Assembly (NCBI RefSeq): GCF_016026235.1
Contig: NZ_CP065613.1
Strand: one strand, 5' to 3'
Origin: Escherichia coli
Lineage (GTDB): Bacteria > Pseudomonadota > Gammaproteobacteria > Enterobacterales > Enterobacteriaceae
Length of the DNA: 64,000 nt
How positions within the stretch are numbered: the first letter of the stretch is position 1; the number at the start of each line of letters is the position of its first letter. Shown piece after piece: positions 45,282 to 54,634 of this stretch. The notes under the pieces were generated by a model. It worked only from the letters and a program-made list of their open reading frames with translations. It did no database searches and had not been told where the DNA came from. Position numbers and translations under genes: made by a program.

Positions 45282-46707
45282 TAATGCCAGTCAGTTAAGC
45301 AACTGACTGGCTCTTTTTCGGGGCTGTGGGGTATTTCCAGGGCCTCTCCTTTACCACTCTCGGGAAGGCCCTTCCCCTTCTCGTCGGTAATTTCACAAGT
45401 TGTCCCATACTTGCAAGATCGCGCATCAGCTCCGGTATACGTCCCGGTGAAGCGCCCTGCAATGTCATCAGCATTCTCATCACCATTCCGCATGATTCTG
45501 AGAAACTCAGTTGATTCGGCCAGTAACCTTTCAGATGTTCCGCCATTTTAATCATCTGATATCTCACCAGATTATAAGCCAGTAAGACACCCCACAGCTC
45601 TTGCTCCACAAGCTCCGGCTTTTTACTTCTCAGCGTCAGCCTGCTCAGTTGCATCGTCTGTTTTATCTCCCTGTATCCCAGTTCGATTTCCCAGCGATGA
45701 CTGTACAGATCCGCCATTTCTCCTCCGGGGAAGCGCATGGCGTCCGTCATCGACGTCAGCAGATGGCAGACTTTTCCTTTGCGCGTCACGGTCAGCAGGC
45801 GGGCTGTCACTTCATTTCCCAGTCCCGGCCACTTTTTTCGTGCCTGCGGGCTGGTTTTCAGCTTCACCAGATGATCGCCTTTACCCAGTTTTCTGAGCTC
45901 TTCATATTGCGCTCCCTTTCTGAGAGGTATCATCCAGTGGCGGTGTTCTCCCGCCAGGCTCCAGGCATTTAACAGTCCCAGTGAGTAATAACCTTTATCC
46001 ATTAACGTCAGAGTGTTATCGCCGGTTTGTTCTATAAGTTGCTCAGCAAGCTCATTTTCGCTGTTCTTCATCGTGCCGAAGGCTGCAGCCGTCAGCAGAT
46101 GGCTGGTCAGTTCCATCTGGCAGACCATTTTGACCTGCGGGTAGAGCGCCGGGTTCCCGGCATGTGTCTGGCGGGGGAAGGCTGCATCGTTCTCTGGTGT
46201 ATCCGGTGTGCGCCAGAACACACCATCGATGGCCAGCAGGGTCAGGCCGCACCAGTGCGGATGCGGCGTGGCGTTATGCCAGAGCTGCGCTGTTTTCGTG
46301 AACACGCGGCGGACAGCCTCACTTCCCAGGCGCTGGCGGGCCTGAATAACGGCACTGGGGGCAACGAAGGGGCGATTGCCCGGCAGCATGATGTCCAGGC
46401 GATTCACAATCTGGTGAAGAGGTTCTTTACGCTCAAGCGCCATGCCAACAATACACCAGACCATCATTTCGAGGGGAAGACGGCGCTTGCGTAGCGTTAC
46501 AGTACCTGATTCGGCAAGGCAACGAGAGATGAGTTCGGGGTCGAGGTAATCCCCCAGAGAAGTCAGTGGGTTACGCAGAGAATCGTAACGGGATACCAGA
46601 TCAAGAGCCTGTCCAATGTGCATAAAAAAATCCGGAAACAAGTGAGCGTTTCCGGATTCTTACACAGCCACTGGATCGGTCAACTGATCCTTAACTGATC
46701 GGCATTA
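45282..46707 (-). mobile_element. IS4 insertion sequence, 1426 bp
   Basis: 18-bp imperfect terminal inverted repeats TAATGCCAGTCAGTTAAG / TAATGCCGATCAGTTAAG; 12-bp target-site duplication CACCTTTAGATG at 45270-45281 and 46708-46719; length matches IS4. Confidence 0.93.
45295..46641 (-). CDS. insG: IS4 DDE transposase
   Basis: 448-aa ORF (likely start at [13 protein letters not shown]); DDE motifs [30 protein letters not shown]. Confidence 0.92.
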   Translation of the reverse strand: MFPDFFMHIGQALDLVSRYDSLRNPLTSLGDYLDPELISRCLAESGTVTLRKRRLPLEMMVWCIVGMALERKEPLHQIVNRLDIMLPGNRPFVAPSAVIQARQRLGSEAVRRVFTKTAQLWHNATPHPHWCGLTLLAIDGVFWRTPDTPENDAAFPRQTHAGNPALYPQVKMVCQMELTSHLLTAAAFGTMKNSENELAEQLIEQTGDNTLTLMDKGYYSLGLLNAWSLAGEHRHWMIPLRKGAQYEELRKLGKGDHLVKLKTSPQARKKWPGLGNEVTARLLTVTRKGKVCHLLTSMTDAMRFPGGEMADLYSHRWEIELGYREIKQTMQLSRLTLRSKKPELVEQELWGVLLAYNLVRYQMIKMAEHLKGYWPNQLSFSESCGMVMRMLMTLQGASPGRIPELMRDLASMGQLVKLPTRRGRAFPRVVKERPWKYPTAPKKSQSVA

Positions 46708-46755
46708 CACCTTTAGATGCTGTTTTCGATACACAATTTCAATCAAGGAGTCATT

Positions 46756-47088
46756 ATGGCTGGTTGGTTTGAACTCAGTAAGAGCAGTGATAATCAGTTC
46801 CGGTTTGTGCTAAAAGCGGGCAATGGTGAGACTATCCTCACCAGCGAGCTGTATACCTCAAAAGCCTCTGCGGAAAAGGGCATCGCGTCGGTGCGTAGCA
46901 ACAGCCCGCAAGAAGAACGCTATGAGAAAAAAACGGCAAGTAACGGCAAATTCTATTTCAATCTGAAAGCCGCTAATCATCAAATTATCGGCTCCAGCCA
47001 GATGTACGCCACCGCGCAATCTCGTGAAACCGGAATTGCCTCCGTTAAAGCCAATGGCACAAGCCAGACGGTGAAAGACAATACGTAA
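46756..47088 (+). CDS. yegP: YegP (UPF0339/DUF1508 tandem-repeat protein)
   Basis: ORF track 46717..47088; start trimmed to MAGWFEL with SD AAGGAG at 46745-46750; two DUF1508-like repeats. Confidence 0.85.
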   Translation: MAGWFELSKSSDNQFRFVLKAGNGETILTSELYTSKASAEKGIASVRSNSPQEERYEKKTASNGKFYFNLKAANHQIIGSSQMYATAQSRETGIASVKANGTSQTVKDNT

Positions 47089-47240
47089 TTACGATGCCGG
47101 GCGTGGGTTGTTGGCGTCCGGCTTTATATCCAAATAACGCTTAGTTATTAATAATTAAGAGTAACCGCCGCCATTAAAATAGTGGGCACTGACGAGCACT
47201 CGTTGTGCTTTCTTTGTTTACCATCCCATACTTATCCTCC

Positions 47241-47252
47241 TGAACATGTTCA
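47241..47252. promoter_or_regulatory. Perfect 12-bp palindrome TGAACATGTTCA, candidate operator upstream of parDE
   Basis: Palindrome sits about 90 bp upstream of the parD start, within a likely promoter region. Confidence 0.35.
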
Positions 47253-47341
47253 TGTGCCAAAATATCTTCTAATACTTTCGTGACGCTATCCGGTTTATGA
47301 CATACACTGATGTAAGATTTTTACTTACAGGCGGGCGTAAA

Positions 47342-47593
47342 ATGGCCAGAACGATGACGGTTGATCTCGGCGATGAGTTGCGTGAATTTATCGAGTCCTT
47401 AATTGAATCCGGCGACTATCGCACCCAAAGCGAAGTGATCCGTGAGTCACTGCGATTACTTCGAGAAAAGCAAGCAGAGTCTCGCCTGCAAGCGTTACGT
47501 GACATGCTCGCAGAAGGGTTGAGTAGTGGTGAAGCTCAGCCGTGGGAAAAGGACGCGTTCTTACGGAAGGTGAAAGCAGGGATAAGGAAATAA
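47342..47593 (+). CDS. parD: ParD-family antitoxin (ribbon-helix-helix)
   Basis: ORF track 47297..47593; likely start at MARTMTV; resembles ParD/COG3609 antitoxins (TQSEVIRESLRLLREKQ); immediately upstream of a ParE-like ORF. Confidence 0.8.
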   Translation: MARTMTVDLGDELREFIESLIESGDYRTQSEVIRESLRLLREKQAESRLQALRDMLAEGLSSGEAQPWEKDAFLRKVKAGIRK

Positions 47594-47594
47594 T

Positions 47595-47891
47595 GTGCGT
47601 ATTATTAAACTCATGCCAAAAGCCAATGAGGATTTAGAAGGCATCTGGTATTACAGCTATCACCATTTCGGCGAACCACAAGCCGACAGATATGTGGAAC
47701 ATCTTTCAGACGTTCTCCAGATTCTGAGTAACAATAATATAGGTACGCCCAGACCTGAATTAGGCGAAGGTATTTTTGTTCTTCCTTTTGAACGCCACGT
47801 CATTTATTTCCTGCAATCACCAGGGGAAATTATCGTCATTCGTATCCTTAACCAAAACCAGAACGCCACCAGACATTTACACTGGAGCTAA
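47595..47891 (+). CDS. parE: ParE-family toxin (RelE/ParE superfamily)
   Basis: 98 aa; GTG start 1 nt after the parD stop, preceded by SD AAGGA; N-terminal EDLEGIWYYS and C-terminal IIVIRILNQNQNATRHL resemble ParE toxins. Confidence 0.8.
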   Translation: MRIIKLMPKANEDLEGIWYYSYHHFGEPQADRYVEHLSDVLQILSNNNIGTPRPELGEGIFVLPFERHVIYFLQSPGEIIVIRILNQNQNATRHLHWS

Positions 47892-47993
47892 ACCCGCCGA
47901 TTGCGCTACAATGCCCGCCCTTAAAGTGGGGGCACTCCCCTAACCGCTTCATCAGGTGAAGCGGATCTGACCTGTCATCAGAACGAGAGAATT

Positions 47994-49355
47994 ATGTTTA
48001 AACCGGAACTCCTTTCCCCGGCGGGAACGCTGAAAAATATGCGTTACGCTTTCGCTTATGGCGCAGATGCTGTTTATGCGGGCCAGCCGCGTTATTCCCT
48101 GCGTGTGCGCAACAACGAATTCAACCACGAAAATCTTCAGCTCGGCATCAATGAAGCCCACGCGCTGGGGAAAAAGTTTTATGTCGTGGTCAACATTGCA
48201 CCGCACAACGCCAAGCTGAAAACCTTTATCCGTGACCTGAAACCGGTGGTGGAAATGGGGCCGGATGCGCTGATTATGTCCGATCCAGGGCTGATTATGC
48301 TGGTGCGTGAGCACTTCCCTGAAATGCCGATCCACCTTTCGGTGCAGGCTAACGCCGTGAACTGGGCGACGGTGAAATTCTGGCAGCAAATGGGCCTGAC
48401 CCGCGTGATCCTCTCTCGCGAGCTGTCGCTGGAAGAGATTGAAGAGATCCGCAATCAGGTGCCGGATATGGAGATCGAGATCTTCGTTCACGGCGCGCTG
48501 TGCATGGCCTACTCCGGTCGCTGCCTGCTCTCTGGCTATATCAACAAGCGCGACCCGAACCAGGGCACCTGCACCAACGCCTGCCGCTGGGAGTACAACG
48601 TCCAGGAAGGGAAAGAAGATGATGTTGGCAACATCGTACACAAGTACGAGCCGATTCCGGTGCAAAATGTTGAGCCGACGCTGGGTATCGGCGCACCAAC
48701 CGACAAAGTGTTTATGATCGAAGAGGCCCAGCGTCCGGGCGAGTATATGACCGCGTTTGAAGATGAGCACGGCACTTACATCATGAACTCGAAAGATCTG
48801 CGCGCCATCGCCCATGTAGAACGCCTGACCAAAATGGGCGTGCATTCGCTGAAAATCGAAGGTCGTACCAAATCTTTCTACTATTGTGCACGCACCGCAC
48901 AGGTTTACCGCAAAGCTATCGATGACGCCGCTGCGGGAAAACCGTTCGATACCAGCCTGCTGGAAACTCTGGAAGGTCTGGCGCATCGTGGCTATACCGA
49001 AGGTTTCCTGCGTCGTCATACTCACGACGATTATCAGAACTACGAATACGGTTATTCAGTTTCTGACCGCCAGCAGTTTGTTGGTGAGTTTACCGGTGAG
49101 CGCAAGGGGGACCTCGCGGCGGTAGCGGTGAAAAATAAATTCTCCGTTGGCGACAGCCTTGAGCTGATGACGCCGCAAGGCAACATTAATTTTACCCTTG
49201 AGCACATGGAAAACGCCAAAGGCGAAGCTATGCCGATAGCACCAGGCGATGGTTATACTGTGTGGCTCCCGGTCCCGCAGGATCTTGAGCTCAATTACGC
49301 GCTGCTGATGCGTAATTTCTCCGGGGAAACCACGCGTAATCCCCACGGTAAGTGA
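47994..49355 (+). CDS. trhP: Peptidase U32-family protein YegQ/TrhP (tRNA hydroxylation)
   Basis: 453 aa; MFKPELLSPAGTLKNMRYAFAYGADAVY...; U32 family, with a Cys-rich segment. Confidence 0.9.
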   Translation: MFKPELLSPAGTLKNMRYAFAYGADAVYAGQPRYSLRVRNNEFNHENLQLGINEAHALGKKFYVVVNIAPHNAKLKTFIRDLKPVVEMGPDALIMSDPGLIMLVREHFPEMPIHLSVQANAVNWATVKFWQQMGLTRVILSRELSLEEIEEIRNQVPDMEIEIFVHGALCMAYSGRCLLSGYINKRDPNQGTCTNACRWEYNVQEGKEDDVGNIVHKYEPIPVQNVEPTLGIGAPTDKVFMIEEAQRPGEYMTAFEDEHGTYIMNSKDLRAIAHVERLTKMGVHSLKIEGRTKSFYYCARTAQVYRKAIDDAAAGKPFDTSLLETLEGLAHRGYTEGFLRRHTHDDYQNYEYGYSVSDRQQFVGEFTGERKGDLAAVAVKNKFSVGDSLELMTPQGNINFTLEHMENAKGEAMPIAPGDGYTVWLPVPQDLELNYALLMRNFSGETTRNPHGK

Positions 49356-49385
49356 TTAATTTCGATTATTTTTCCCGGATGGAAA

Positions 49386-49407
49386 ATTCTTAGAAACCGA
49401 TCACATA
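49386..49407 (+). promoter_or_regulatory. Candidate CRP binding site in the cyaR promoter
   Basis: AATTCTTAGAAACCGATCACAT contains the TCACA half-site centred about 43 nt upstream of the cyaR 5' end; -10 TATCAT at 49428-49433. Confidence 0.4.
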
Positions 49408-49439
49408 CAGCTGCATTTATTAAGGTTATCATCCGTTTC

Positions 49440-49526
49440 GCTGAAAAACATAACCCATAAAATGCTAGCTGTACCAGGAACCACCTCCTTAGCCTGTGTA
49501 ATCTCCCTTACACGGGCTTATTTTTT
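49440..49526 (+). ncRNA. cyaR: CyaR (RyeE) sRNA
   Basis: Sequence GCTGAAAAACATAACCCATAAAATGCTAGCTGTACCAGGAACCACCTCCTTAGCCTGTGTAATCTCCCTTACACGGGCTTATTTTTT matches CyaR as recalled; terminal hairpin plus T6. Confidence 0.9.
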
Positions 49527-49684
49527 ATGCATAAGCCCTATCCCTGGTCACCGTCTTCCATTGACCACATCGATAGAATCTCCCTTCATAGCACGATGCC
49601 TTTCACGTAACGGCATCGTGCTCGCACAGGTTCCGGCTAAGCACAACCAGAACGCGCATGTTTGACGCTTACCAAAAAATATTC

Positions 49685-50002
49685 TCACTCTCCACATTTG
49701 AATGTCAGACGAGCGACGCCATGTAATCCTGCACCTTCTGTCTTCAGGTCAACTATCTGCATTTTTTTGCCCTGAGTAACACAGAAATGGGCTGCATCAT
49801 TTTTTACTATATTTTCTGCACCAGATATTCTGCCCCTGGCTAAAGAAGCTTCGGCTTCGGTGTAGTATTGGTTATCGAGTTTACGCTGAATATTACTTTT
49901 ATATGCAAGACCAAATTTACCGATACTTGTCTCATCATTATGCACAGCACAACCAGACATAATAAAAATACTAATTAATGATATAGCAGCTATCTTTTTC
50001 AT
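49685..50002 (-). CDS. yegR: Small lipoprotein YegR
   Basis: ORF track 49685..50062; start trimmed to MKKIAAISLISIFIMSGC (lipobox). Confidence 0.8.
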   Translation of the reverse strand: MKKIAAISLISIFIMSGCAVHNDETSIGKFGLAYKSNIQRKLDNQYYTEAEASLARGRISGAENIVKNDAAHFCVTQGKKMQIVDLKTEGAGLHGVARLTFKCGE

Positions 50003-50407
50003 CTCACCTTCCCCCATTAAATACCAACGACACTCTCTAGTGTTTAAATATAATAATGGCATGATTATTATAATTGAATAGGATTATAATAAATGTTCTG
50101 TACAACATTTCCTACATAAGTAGGAATTACGGACATTGAGGCCCTTCAGGGTAACTCCATGGGGGCTTTAATATATTATATTGAAGATGCCACTGTTTAG
50201 TTGAATATTAGGTATATGCTCTTTTTTGAAATTTATCGGTGGCAGCCGTTAGTATTCGCTGTCCCCATTGCAAGCTCCTGGTGGTAACCACTGAATCCTC
50301 CATACTTGAACTGACTTTTTATCCTCCGACTTTCATCCTGTTCTGACTCCACCTTTTGTTTTCTGCTCTACACTATCTACAGACCAATCATAAAGGCACA
50401 TACGATC

Positions 50408-51307
50408 ATGGCAGAATTTCCCGCCAGCTTACTGATTCTTAATGGCAAAAGTACTGACAATCTACCCTTGCGCGAAGCAATTATGCTGTTGCGTGAGGAA
50501 GGAATGACGATCCATGTGCGGGTCACCTGGGAGAAAGGCGATGCCGCACGATATGTAGAGGAGGCCCGGAAGTTGGGCGTCGCAACGGTGATTGCCGGTG
50601 GTGGCGATGGCACCATTAATGAAGTTTCTACGGCGTTGATTCAGTGTGAGGGGGATGACATACCCGCGCTGGGAATTTTGCCATTAGGAACCGCCAATGA
50701 TTTTGCCACCAGTGTAGGGATTCCTGAGGCACTGGATAAGGCGCTGAAACTGGCAATTGCCGGTAATGCCATTGCGATAGATATGGCGCAGGTCAACAAA
50801 CAAACCTGTTTTATTAATATGGCGACAGGCGGGTTTGGGACGCGTATTACCACAGAAACGCCGGAAAAATTAAAAGCCGCGCTGGGTGGCGTCTCATACA
50901 TCATTCATGGCTTAATGCGTATGGATACTCTGCAACCGGACCGTTGTGAAATCCGCGGTGAAAACTTTCACTGGCAAGGTGACGCCCTGGTCATTGGTAT
51001 TGGTAACGGGCGTCAGGCCGGTGGCGGTCAACAATTGTGCCCGAACGCGTTAATTAACGATGGCTTGCTGCAACTGCGCATTTTTACCGGCGATGAAATT
51101 CTTCCGGCTCTCGTATCAACCTTAAAATCTGACGAAGATAACCCGAATATTATCGAAGGCGCTTCGTCGTGGTTTGATATACAAGCCCCACACGAAATCA
51201 CTTTTAATCTTGATGGCGAACCGTTGAGTGGACAAAACTTTCATATTGAAATACTTCCGGCGGCGTTGCGTTGTCGATTACCACCAGATTGTCCATTATT
51301 GCGTTAA
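50408..51307 (+). CDS. yegS: Lipid kinase YegS (diacylglycerol-kinase catalytic family)
   Basis: 299 aa; GGDGT motif in [13 protein letters not shown]. Confidence 0.9.
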   Translation: MAEFPASLLILNGKSTDNLPLREAIMLLREEGMTIHVRVTWEKGDAARYVEEARKLGVATVIAGGGDGTINEVSTALIQCEGDDIPALGILPLGTANDFATSVGIPEALDKALKLAIAGNAIAIDMAQVNKQTCFINMATGGFGTRITTETPEKLKAALGGVSYIIHGLMRMDTLQPDRCEIRGENFHWQGDALVIGIGNGRQAGGGQQLCPNALINDGLLQLRIFTGDEILPALVSTLKSDEDNPNIIEGASSWFDIQAPHEITFNLDGEPLSGQNFHIEILPAALRCRLPPDCPLLR

Positions 51308-51344
51308 TCAAACTATTCTCTCTTGAACCAGGGAGAATCCGTAA

Positions 51345-51378
51345 TGCCGGATGCGGTGTAAATACCTTATCCGGCATA
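51345..51378. repeat. REP element between yegS and gatR
   Basis: GCCGGATGCGGTGTAAATACCTTATCCGGCATAC. Confidence 0.75.
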
Positions 51379-51388
51379 CAGAACAATA

Positions 51389-52168
51389 CTACACCGTAAT
51401 TAATTTCACCCGTGTCTTCTGCAATGCCAGTTTATCCACCTCAGACACAGCATCATCGGTAATAATAATGTCAATTTTTTCGATTGGCAGTACCTGATTA
51501 AAACCGCGACGGTTAAATTTCGATGAATCGAGAACGGCAATCACTTTATTAGCGGCTGTGACCATCGCACCGCTAACGGAATAACCCTCATTAAAGGTCG
51601 TAATACCATTAACCGCATCAATACCATCAGCACCGACAAACATTAAATCGGCATTAATATCCTGCAGGGAACGTTCAGCAATAGATCCATGCATAGATCG
51701 CGTTTTATGGCGGACCGTGCCACCGCAGACGACCAGAGTAATGTCTTTATTTTCGGAAAGGGCAAACGCAGCCGGGAGACTGTTGGTAATCACCGTGATA
51801 TTTTTGGCGGTCATTAATCCTTCGGCGATAAGCATTGTGGTACTTCCGCTGTCGAGAATAACGGTCATCCCTTCATGGATCATTTTGACTGCCGCCTGCG
51901 CTATTCTGTTTTTCGGCGCGCTGGCGAGCTGAAATCGCTCTTTAAACCCGACTTCCTGGGTCTCGGTTTCACTATTACCGGACATTATTTTCGCCGCACC
52001 GCCATGAAAGCGCGTAACCACGCCTTTTTGTTCGAGAAAGCGCAAATCGGCACGGATTGTCGCTTCCGAGGCAGCAAATACTCCCGCCAGATCCTGAACA
52101 AGCACGGTTCCCTGTTCATTCACTAATTGGATGATCTTATTCCTTCGCTCGAATGAATTCATCGTCAT
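51389..52168 (-). CDS. gatR: DeoR-family repressor of the galactitol operon (intact)
   Basis: 259 aa; N-terminal HTH and C-terminal DeoR sugar-binding domain; uninterrupted here. Confidence 0.88.
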   Translation of the reverse strand: MTMNSFERRNKIIQLVNEQGTVLVQDLAGVFAASEATIRADLRFLEQKGVVTRFHGGAAKIMSGNSETETQEVGFKERFQLASAPKNRIAQAAVKMIHEGMTVILDSGSTTMLIAEGLMTAKNITVITNSLPAAFALSENKDITLVVCGGTVRHKTRSMHGSIAERSLQDINADLMFVGADGIDAVNGITTFNEGYSVSGAMVTAANKVIAVLDSSKFNRRGFNQVLPIEKIDIIITDDAVSEVDKLALQKTRVKLITV

Positions 52169-52267
52169 TTACCCATATTCAATTGTGGCTAGTGTAAACG
52201 AAGGGGGACCATTGGTGAATGATCTGTTTTGCACAATACCGGGCCAGCATCACGCTGGCCCGCGGTT

Positions 52268-53308
52268 TCAGGGAATGAGCAACACTTTGCCCGGCATGGC
52301 ATTACGAGCGATGTCACGCACCGCCTGGGCGAAGCTTTCAAAGCTTCCACGGTGAGCGATTAATGGCTCCAGGCTTAACTTACGTTCTGTCAGCAACCGG
52401 CTCGCCGTTTCCCACTCCTGCCCCGGCCAAGGGCTGGAGTAGTTCATCCAACTGCCGATAACCGTCAGCTCTTTACGCAATATTTTGCCAAACGTTGCCG
52501 ATGTTAAATGCAGATCCTGATGCAACGTGCCCACCAGCGCCAGTTGGGCATGAGGACCGGCAATCTCTACCGCCAGTTCGACAGTTTGCGGTACGCCAGC
52601 CGTCTCGAGGATAAGCTGATTAAAGCGCAGTTCGCGTAAAACGCTCTGCATTTGCGGCGCGCTCATTTCGCTACTGTTAAATGTTTGCATCGCACCGAAA
52701 GATTTTGCCAGTGCCAGTTTTTCTGAGCTAATGTCGATAGCCGTCACACTCTTTGCTCCCAGCGCGACAGCGCACTGAATAGCCAGCAGGCCAATGGTTC
52801 CGGCACCAATAATAATAACGTTTTTATTCTCACAACCTTGCGCTAAATGAAAAGCATGCAGTCCAACGGTAATCGGCTCAATAAAAGCCCCATCCTCAAT
52901 AGGCATATCCGTGGGTAGAGCAAAGACATTTTTTCGCTTAACGACAATATATTCAGCAAATCCACCATCACGCCGCGAGCCAATAAAATCATATTTTGCG
53001 CACTGGGAATAAAACCCTTTCAAACACTCTGGACAAGTAAAACAGGGTAATAACGGCACACAGGCAACCGCATCGCCAAGGTGTAAATCATCAACACCGG
53101 ATCCCACCGCATCAATATAGCCGCTAAATTCATGGCCTAACGTTATTGGATAATAATGTGCACCATTTTTAAATATCCTGGGTAAATCGGAACCACATAA
53201 GCCCGAGCTGGCAATTTTTACCCGTACCTCATCCTGATGTTTAATTTCAGGAATGACGCTTTCTGCAACGCGCACGATACCATCAGTATCATTCACCACT
53301 GATTTCAT
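52268..53308 (-). CDS. gatD: Galactitol-1-phosphate 5-dehydrogenase (Zn-dependent)
   Basis: 346 aa; Zn-ADH motifs GHEFSG and GAGTIGL. Confidence 0.92.
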   Translation of the reverse strand: MKSVVNDTDGIVRVAESVIPEIKHQDEVRVKIASSGLCGSDLPRIFKNGAHYYPITLGHEFSGYIDAVGSGVDDLHLGDAVACVPLLPCFTCPECLKGFYSQCAKYDFIGSRRDGGFAEYIVVKRKNVFALPTDMPIEDGAFIEPITVGLHAFHLAQGCENKNVIIIGAGTIGLLAIQCAVALGAKSVTAIDISSEKLALAKSFGAMQTFNSSEMSAPQMQSVLRELRFNQLILETAGVPQTVELAVEIAGPHAQLALVGTLHQDLHLTSATFGKILRKELTVIGSWMNYSSPWPGQEWETASRLLTERKLSLEPLIAHRGSFESFAQAVRDIARNAMPGKVLLIP

Positions 53309-53340
53309 AAAAACTCCTGATTGTTAAGGGGGATAAACTC

Positions 53341-54634
53341 CTGAGGAATCCCCAGAAAACAAGACAGGCATAGTGAGATGTGATCTAATTGATTGTGCTA
53401 ACAATTTCAAGGAGATCACCACTATGCCTGCACGTTCATTATGCCAAAATTTCCTTAACAATATACTGGCCCCTTTGCATCTTTACCGTCAAAAATCACT
53501 GATTGACGCAACTAATGCTGTAATAAATGGCGCTTCCCTCACACTTACCAGTATCGGGCGTCATTTAACCGGTACGGCATCAGTTAAAAACAAAATAAAG
53601 CGGGTGGATCGACTGTTGGGGAATCGACATTTGCAAAATGAGGTTTCCACCATTTTTCAGCGAATTACCCAAAAGATTACGCGGGGAATGTCTCGTGTTG
53701 TGATACTCATTGACTGGAGTGCTTATCATGCCTCTCGTTTTCAGCTTTTGCGGGCAAGCCTGGCATGTGACGGGCGTTCTTTACCGTTGATGAGTTGTGT
53801 CGTTCCATCATCACAGACAGCGAATGCAGATGTACATGAGCGTTTTCTGGAATCGCTTGCTGAGTGCTTTTCCCCCGGGACTGATGTCATTGTTATTACA
53901 GATGCCGGTTTTCAGGGGCGATGGTTCCAACAGCTCCGCTCCCGTGGCTGGACCTATATTTGCCGGGTACTGGGCAATCATTATTACAATGTTGGTAATG
54001 GCTGGGAAAAGGTGTCGGACTCAGGCACAAAAGCATCAACGACAGCAATTTATTTAGGTGAAGGCCTGCTGGGTCGAGATAAAAATGCACAACATGAAGG
54101 GCATTTTTATCTTTATAAAAGTAAGCCTAAAGGTCGTAGATTTAAACGCTCGAAGGAAAGAGCAACCAGACCATCGGTGACGGCTAAAGCTCGTACTGCC
54201 GGGAAATCACCATGGTTTATTTTCACAAACAGTACTGAGTTCTCGCCAAAACAGGTAATGAAATTATACAGCCGTAGAATGCAAATTGAGCAAAATTTCA
54301 GGGATGAAAAAAATCCTCGCTGGGGATTTGGACTACGGTTTGGTGCCAGTCATTCATCCGGGCGGGTCACGGTATTGAGTCTGATCGCAACATTAGCCAG
54401 TATCATTATGTGGTTAAGCGGTTTCAGCCTGGAAAACAAAGGGATACATCATAAATATCAGGCAAATACAGTGAAGCACAGGCGAGTCATCTCGTTATTA
54501 AAACTGGCGGAGAATGTGATTCGACATTCTCCACTCATACTAAACACACTGTCACTTGACGCAGGGCTGAAAGTTCTACAGCAACGGTATACCAATATGA
54601 TAATGGTTTACTAAATTTTCTGGGGATCCCTCAG
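53341..54634 (+). mobile_element. IS10-like insertion sequence (IS4 family), copy 2, 1294 bp
   Basis: Same element as copy 1, with at least two single-base differences (offsets 121 and 1087); flanking direct repeat GGATAAACTC (53331-53340 and 54635-54644). Confidence 0.9.
53373..54614 (+). CDS. IS4-family (IS10-like) DDE transposase
   Basis: 413 aa, protein identical to the copy-1 transposase. Confidence 0.9.
   Translation: MRCDLIDCANNFKEITTMPARSLCQNFLNNILAPLHLYRQKSLIDATNAVINGASLTLTSIGRHLTGTASVKNKIKRVDRLLGNRHLQNEVSTIFQRITQKITRGMSRVVILIDWSAYHASRFQLLRASLACDGRSLPLMSCVVPSSQTANADVHERFLESLAECFSPGTDVIVITDAGFQGRWFQQLRSRGWTYICRVLGNHYYNVGNGWEKVSDSGTKASTTAIYLGEGLLGRDKNAQHEGHFYLYKSKPKGRRFKRSKERATRPSVTAKARTAGKSPWFIFTNSTEFSPKQVMKLYSRRMQIEQNFRDEKNPRWGFGLRFGASHSSGRVTVLSLIATLASIIMWLSGFSLENKGIHHKYQANTVKHRRVISLLKLAENVIRHSPLILNTLSLDAGLKVLQQRYTNMIMVY

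Noticed and set aside
47297-47341. Longer parD start at ATG 47297 (98-aa form from the ORF track)
   Set aside because: No ribosome-binding site precedes it, and the extra 15 residues are not part of the ribbon-helix-helix fold; the ATG at 47342 is preferred, though not certain.
32493-54634. Composite transposon formed by the two IS10-like copies
   Set aside because: Each copy has its own, different target-site duplication (GGGTTTCCCC vs GGATAAACTC) and the outer flanks do not match, so the pair did not transpose as a unit. The intervening genes are core chromosome in conserved order.
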